Of a stretch of 46,195 nucleotides of DNA, positions 42,977-46,195 are shown piece by piece. Where the stretch lies: positions 1-46,195 of the IMG/VR virus record IMGVR_UViG_3300021445_000001; one strand, given 5' to 3'. Positions within the stretch are counted from its first letter, which is position 1; each line of letters begins with the position of its first letter. The stretch is from a virus. Both the position numbers and the translations under genes were made by a program. Below the pieces are notes generated by a model, which had not been told where the DNA came from, searched no databases, and worked only from the letters and a program-made list of their open reading frames with translations.

Positions 42977-43191
42977 GCTGTCACCTCCGGAATCTTGCTG
43001 AGAACACCCCACGCCTTTGGCGGAGCGCCGCCGGCGCACATCCACTGGTTGAGATCCTCCCACGCTGCGGACATTCGAGATATCAACGTGTGGGCAGGGT
43101 CCAAGTCCAGGTGCAGTGCATCGCGTGTAGCCTGCTGAACCTCCATGATCTCTGCGTATGCCTTGTCTGGATCAAAGCTTGATAGAGCCAC
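42973..43191 (-). CDS. hypothetical protein, 72 aa
   Basis: GTG with GGAAGGA 6 nt upstream. Confidence 0.45.
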   Translation of the reverse strand: MALSSFDPDKAYAEIMEVQQATRDALHLDLDPAHTLISRMSAAWEDLNQWMCAGGAPPKAWGVLSKIPEVTA

Positions 43192-43477
43192 TCCGGATCC
43201 TTCCTGCCAGGTACAACCAGGCGTTGTTGATGTTAACCAGCGTTGCCGCTGCCTCTCTTGCCGTGTCGCCGAGCTTTCCACCGGGCAAAAAATCCACGGC
43301 GACCAGCTTGTCTCCGCGAGCGACCACCAGCTTCCACCCGAGGTTTCGTTTGATAGAGCCGGGGAGAATCACCCACTTCTCGTTCTTGTCTTTCAGCCCC
43401 AACCGCTCCGCTGTGAGCGCTAGCGCGCCTTTCAGCCGGTCCACCTCGTCGTGGTAGACTTTCGCTTTCGCAGCCAT
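43172..43477 (-). CDS. hypothetical protein, 101 aa (MAAKAKVYHDEVDRLKG...)
   Basis: ATG at 43477 with GGAGG 6 nt upstream. Confidence 0.6.
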   Translation of the reverse strand: MAAKAKVYHDEVDRLKGALALTAERLGLKDKNEKWVILPGSIKRNLGWKLVVARGDKLVAVDFLPGGKLGDTAREAAATLVNINNAWLYLAGRIRSGSIKL

Positions 43478-43697
43478 CTGCACCTCCTGTTTCATCGTAG
43501 ACATAACACACCGTTATCAGCCTGATACTGCCTTTGGGGATCCAGCCTATCCCGATACAGCGCTGTGCCACCAGGATCGCCCAGTATTCGGGAGACAGAT
43601 GTTCGTTGCACACAAAACGCTCCTGCATCGGGACCTCATACACTCCTGCCCTAATGAACGTCACGACAGCCTCTACGACTTTGTATGTGACACCCAT
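43233..43697 (-). CDS. hypothetical protein (MGVTYKVVEAVVTF...); 3' end doubtful
   Basis: ATG at 43697 with GGGAGGG upstream. After about residue 65 the sequence becomes Arg/Gly-rich and overlaps the next gene by ~245 nt. Confidence 0.35.
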   Translation of the reverse strand: MGVTYKVVEAVVTFIRAGVYEVPMQERFVCNEHLSPEYWAILVAQRCIGIGWIPKGSIRLITVCYVYDETGGADGCESESLPRRGGPAERRASAHSGAVGAERQEREVGDSPRLYQTKPRVEAGGRSRRQAGRRGFFARWKARRHGKRGSGNAG

Positions 43698-43772
43698 CCA
43701 CGTCCCTCCCATCAGTGAGCAGACACCTATAAGTGCGTCCCCGAAGGGACGCACCCAAAGGAACCCGTTCAC

Positions 43773-44189
43773 TCATCCAGGGTCCGGCACCGCCTCTGGA
43801 GCCTCCAGGTGGAACACCGCCCAATCGTTACGGCTGAACGGGTCGGGACCGAGGTAGCCCATGCTCTGAGCCCACCGAGTCAAAGCCAGAGTCCACTTTT
43901 GGTCGGCAGCAGACTTGGGACCGCCTTCCACCACCCACTCATCGGCAGCACTCATGAAGATTTTTCCGCCACCGAGACCAGCCCACGTGAACGATGCGGA
44001 ATTAGTGGAATTGTCCCAAGCCAGCTTGACCATGACCCGATCAGCTATCTTCTGATGACATCCGCCGCACATCATGCCCGATGGTGTCATGTAGAAGTGT
44101 TCGCGAATCTCCTGGCATGCGGGGCACAACCATCGGAGCGGCGAAAGCTCGGCGGAGTTCACCCAGCGCCAGACCCGCTCGAAAGCCAT
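43773..44189 (-). CDS. hypothetical protein with N-terminal zinc ribbon, 138 aa
   Basis: CPACQE...CGGCHQ. Confidence 0.6.
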   Translation of the reverse strand: MAFERVWRWVNSAELSPLRWLCPACQEIREHFYMTPSGMMCGGCHQKIADRVMVKLAWDNSTNSASFTWAGLGGGKIFMSAADEWVVEGGPKSAADQKWTLALTRWAQSMGYLGPDPFSRNDWAVFHLEAPEAVPDPG

Positions 44190-44407
44190 TACCGAACCTC
44201 GCGAACGGTTACCGTGACATTGTTGGCGCTGACGTCGGCCACGCGCATCTTGTGCTGAGTCTCGGTCATGAGGCCCCGCTTAAGATCGGCGGTCAGCGCC
44301 TCCAAAATTGCCGGGTACGCCCGAAAAACCGCCGTGTGACAGTCCGGTGCTTCCACCTCCACGTGCATGGATCCGGCGGGGTTATTCAGGTTCACTGCGT
44401 ACTGCAT
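44189..44407 (-). CDS. hypothetical protein, 72 aa (MQYAVNLNNPAGS...)
   Basis: ATG with GGAAGGGGAG upstream. Confidence 0.55.
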   Translation of the reverse strand: MQYAVNLNNPAGSMHVEVEAPDCHTAVFRAYPAILEALTADLKRGLMTETQHKMRVADVSANNVTVTVREVR

Positions 44408-44444
44408 AGCTCCCCTTCCTGTTCTCTGCCCGTCTGGCAGATTC

Positions 44445-44474
44445 AAAACCGGCCAAGCCCTAGGGCTTGGCCGG
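44445..44474 (-). terminator. Intrinsic terminator (minus strand)
   Basis: CCGGCCAAGCCC-TA-GGGCTTGGCCGG followed on the minus strand by TTTT. Confidence 0.6.
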
Positions 44475-44483
44475 CAATGGACC

Positions 44484-44912
44484 TCACAGATTCAGCAACG
44501 CTTTTACACGGTCCAACTGCTCTTCCAGAACCCGCACCCTGGCTTCCGCAGTCTCCGCGCGTTCGCGCAGAGCCGCCATATCTGTCCCGTACTCCAGAAG
44601 CTCACCCACGGTCATCTCCATGACCGCTTTCCCGGCAAGATTCGCGGGGGTTGGTGCCGAAGATTCCGAAACAGCAGGCTCCGGTACTGCTTCCCCCTGC
44701 ATTTCTGCCTGATGGTTGCGCTTGGCATGGATGGTCGCGTTACCGCTCACGGATGACACGTAGTCGCACACCTTGCAGTGGTAAAACTTCCGCCCATCTT
44801 CCAGTATCAGCCTGTTAACCAGCGGATGTGTAGTGCCGGCCTGCGGACCACTGTGCCGGGTGAAAGGCTCCACTGACGCAACCTTGACACCGTCCACAAT
44901 CTCTACAGCCAT
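44484..44912 (-). CDS. protein with a single C2H2-pattern zinc finger and C-terminal coiled coil, 142 aa
   Basis: YHCKVCDYVSSVSGNATIHAKRNH fits C-x2-C-x12-H-x4-H. C-terminus RERAETAEARVRVLEEQLDRVKALL. ATG with GGAAGGGAA upstream. Confidence 0.55.
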   Translation of the reverse strand: MAVEIVDGVKVASVEPFTRHSGPQAGTTHPLVNRLILEDGRKFYHCKVCDYVSSVSGNATIHAKRNHQAEMQGEAVPEPAVSESSAPTPANLAGKAVMEMTVGELLEYGTDMAALRERAETAEARVRVLEEQLDRVKALLNL

Positions 44913-44986
44913 TGTTGTTCCCTTCCGCCTGCCTCCATGACAGACACCAAACCGTGCGCGCCGAAGCGCGCACAGCAAGGAATCTT

Positions 44987-45193
44987 TCAGGTTTCAGCGC
45001 ATTCTGCGAACAGCCGTGATTCAAAAGCCGTCCACAGGTCGGGCATGGTTGTTGGTGTTCCGCCGTACTCCGCCAGAAACAGCGATTCAGCCAACGCCAC
45101 CGCAACTTTCAACTCACCATCAGCTACCGCCTTGCGGTAGCGCCGTTCAGCATTACGCTTCACGGCCCTCAGACGTCCACTATCGACATCCAT
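44987..45193 (-). CDS. hypothetical protein, 68 aa
   Basis: ORF track. Confidence 0.55.
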   Translation of the reverse strand: MDVDSGRLRAVKRNAERRYRKAVADGELKVAVALAESLFLAEYGGTPTTMPDLWTAFESRLFAECAET

Positions 45194-45260
45194 GACTCCC
45201 CTTTCTAGGCTGATTGCCCACTAGCCGGCCCGCCTTTCGGCGGGCCGCACTCGAAGACCG

Positions 45261-45548
45261 TCAGCGCTGGCAGTCGTTCTCGCATGCGTAAATCGTGTAG
45301 ATGAGCGTTTCCAGCATTACGCTGTCAATGTCACCTTCCACCTGTCGGAGCTCCGAGACAGCCACACACAGATTGCAGCAGTCTTCGATGCCATCCATCA
45401 GGTTCTCGTCACACGCACATTCTTCTTCCGACTCAGCCTGCCCGATCAGAAAATCGGAAGCCTCGCCCATGGTCTCGAAGATGCGGAACGGCGTCTCCGG
45501 TGCGGTTTCCGGAAAGTGCCAACCCGCGTGGAAGTGCCGAGTGCTCAT
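45261..45548 (-). CDS. hypothetical acidic Cys-rich protein, 95 aa
   Basis: ORF track; RBS GAGAGGAGAGAAAG upstream. Confidence 0.6.
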   Translation of the reverse strand: MSTRHFHAGWHFPETAPETPFRIFETMGEASDFLIGQAESEEECACDENLMDGIEDCCNLCVAVSELRQVEGDIDSVMLETLIYTIYACENDCQR

Positions 45549-45624
45549 GTCTTTCTCTCCTCTCGCTGCCCTGAATGGGCAGCGCCACCCACCACTGTTG
45601 AAGCTGATGAATGACGCAAACCAC

Positions 45625-45894
45625 TCAGTTACGCAAGATTGCCACCGTGTCGTAGCTGATGGTCCTTTCGCACGAGCCGTCCGAGTAGTGCAGCGTGTAA
45701 GCCGCTCCCGGGCAGATCGTCACGTCCACCAACCATCGGAAGGCGAATTCGTACGGACGCCAGTCCTGCCACGTCTTGGGGAAGTCATGCGCACCGCCGC
45801 TCTGCCAGTACGCCACCGCTGCCCGCACGTTCCGCAGCCTGGCCGGCCAACTAGCCCACACATCACCCGGAGACAGGTACTCGACCTCAGTCAT
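45625..45894 (-). CDS. hypothetical protein, 89 aa
   Basis: ORF track; 8-nt overlap with the upstream gene. Confidence 0.55.
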   Translation of the reverse strand: MTEVEYLSPGDVWASWPARLRNVRAAVAYWQSGGAHDFPKTWQDWRPYEFAFRWLVDVTICPGAAYTLHYSDGSCERTISYDTVAILRN

Positions 45895-46105
45895 TGGAAC
45901 CCACCTTGATGCACGTCTTGCAGGTGATCTCCACGTCAGAGTTCATGTTGTGGCGGACACCACGAGCCTTTCGGCCACACAGCGTGAAGTTCTCTCGGAT
46001 GTAGGACCAGTTCCCATCGGATGTGGCGTGAATGACGCCGTTGAGCCCGTCCGACAGCATTGCCCCAAACCGCGCTTTCACTGTATCTCTCCACTTCTGA
46101 ATCAC
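45887..46105 (-). CDS. hypothetical protein, 72 aa (CxxC at C-terminus); start lies inside the terminal overlap
   Basis: ORF track. The start at 46105 corresponds to position 37 of the circle. Confidence 0.55.
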   Translation of the reverse strand: MIQKWRDTVKARFGAMLSDGLNGVIHATSDGNWSYIRENFTLCGRKARGVRHNMNSDVEITCKTCIKVGSND

Positions 46106-46195
46106 TTTGCACTGAGTGATCCTGGCGGTGCCGGGGTTAGAACCCCGGCACCACTAGCTACCTTCAGTACTTGCATGGGTTTTCGATGATCTGAT
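46069..46195. repeat. Terminal overlap copy 2 (identical to 1-127)
   Basis: Read directly from the sequence. Confidence 0.9.

Larger units (their letters stand above)
1..46195. mobile_element. Complete, circularly closed temperate phage genome (actinobacteriophage-like, podovirus-like gene content)
   Basis: Terminase, portal, scaffold, capsid, tail fibre, lysis cassette, family A polymerase, primase, helicase, WhiB-like factor and large serine integrase are all present. The two ends overlap by 127 nt. Confidence 0.85.

Overview
The window is a complete phage genome. Bases 1-127 are repeated exactly at 46069-46195, so the contig closes into a 46,068-bp circle. A 127-nt overlap looks like an assembler k-mer overlap rather than a biological terminal repeat. 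Gene content indicates a temperate, high-GC actinobacteriophage-like virus with podovirus-like architecture: I found no tape measure, tail tube or tail chaperone genes.

Layout:
(i) A rightward late operon runs from 3027 to 28810. It encodes a terminase with an N-terminal HTH extension, the portal and several small proteins. An ~11-kb block follows with a 1519-aa protein plus NlpC/P60 and lytic-transglycosylase proteins that share a C-terminal module. Then come an embedded tRNA-Pro, scaffold, HK97-like capsid, tail and tail-fibre genes, and a lysis cassette with a PG-binding ORF, a GH25 muramidase and a small holin-like ORF.
(ii) A leftward block runs from 32829 to 28900. It holds family A DNA polymerase, one unknown gene, four tRNA or tRNA-like genes, and ~850 nt of ORF-free, densely structured sequence.
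(iii) A divergent promoter region at 32830-33038 feeds a rightward replication and regulation operon (33039-40079). This encodes a WhiB-like factor, a Cas4/RecB-like nuclease, a RecA-fold helicase, an Hjc-like resolvase, a primase split over two frames, a DnaQ-like exonuclease, a sigma-70-like factor and small Cys-rich proteins.
(iv) A large serine integrase (minus strand) and a stand-alone SLOG/DUF2493 gene bracketed by hairpins.
(v) A long leftward operon of small, mostly unrecognisable genes runs 46105->42246 and, across the circle junction, 1819->96. It includes four translationally coupled mini membrane proteins.
(vi) A 1.2-kb ORF-free region (1820-3026) lies upstream of the terminase. 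It contains an AT-rich cluster of 13 GATC sites and an array of eight consecutive GC-rich hairpins.

The most unusual signals are the three covarying structured-RNA modules inside the tRNA cluster, the aberrant tRNA-like element next to them, the GATC cluster, and the hairpin array. All functional calls come from motif recognition by eye; no database search was possible.
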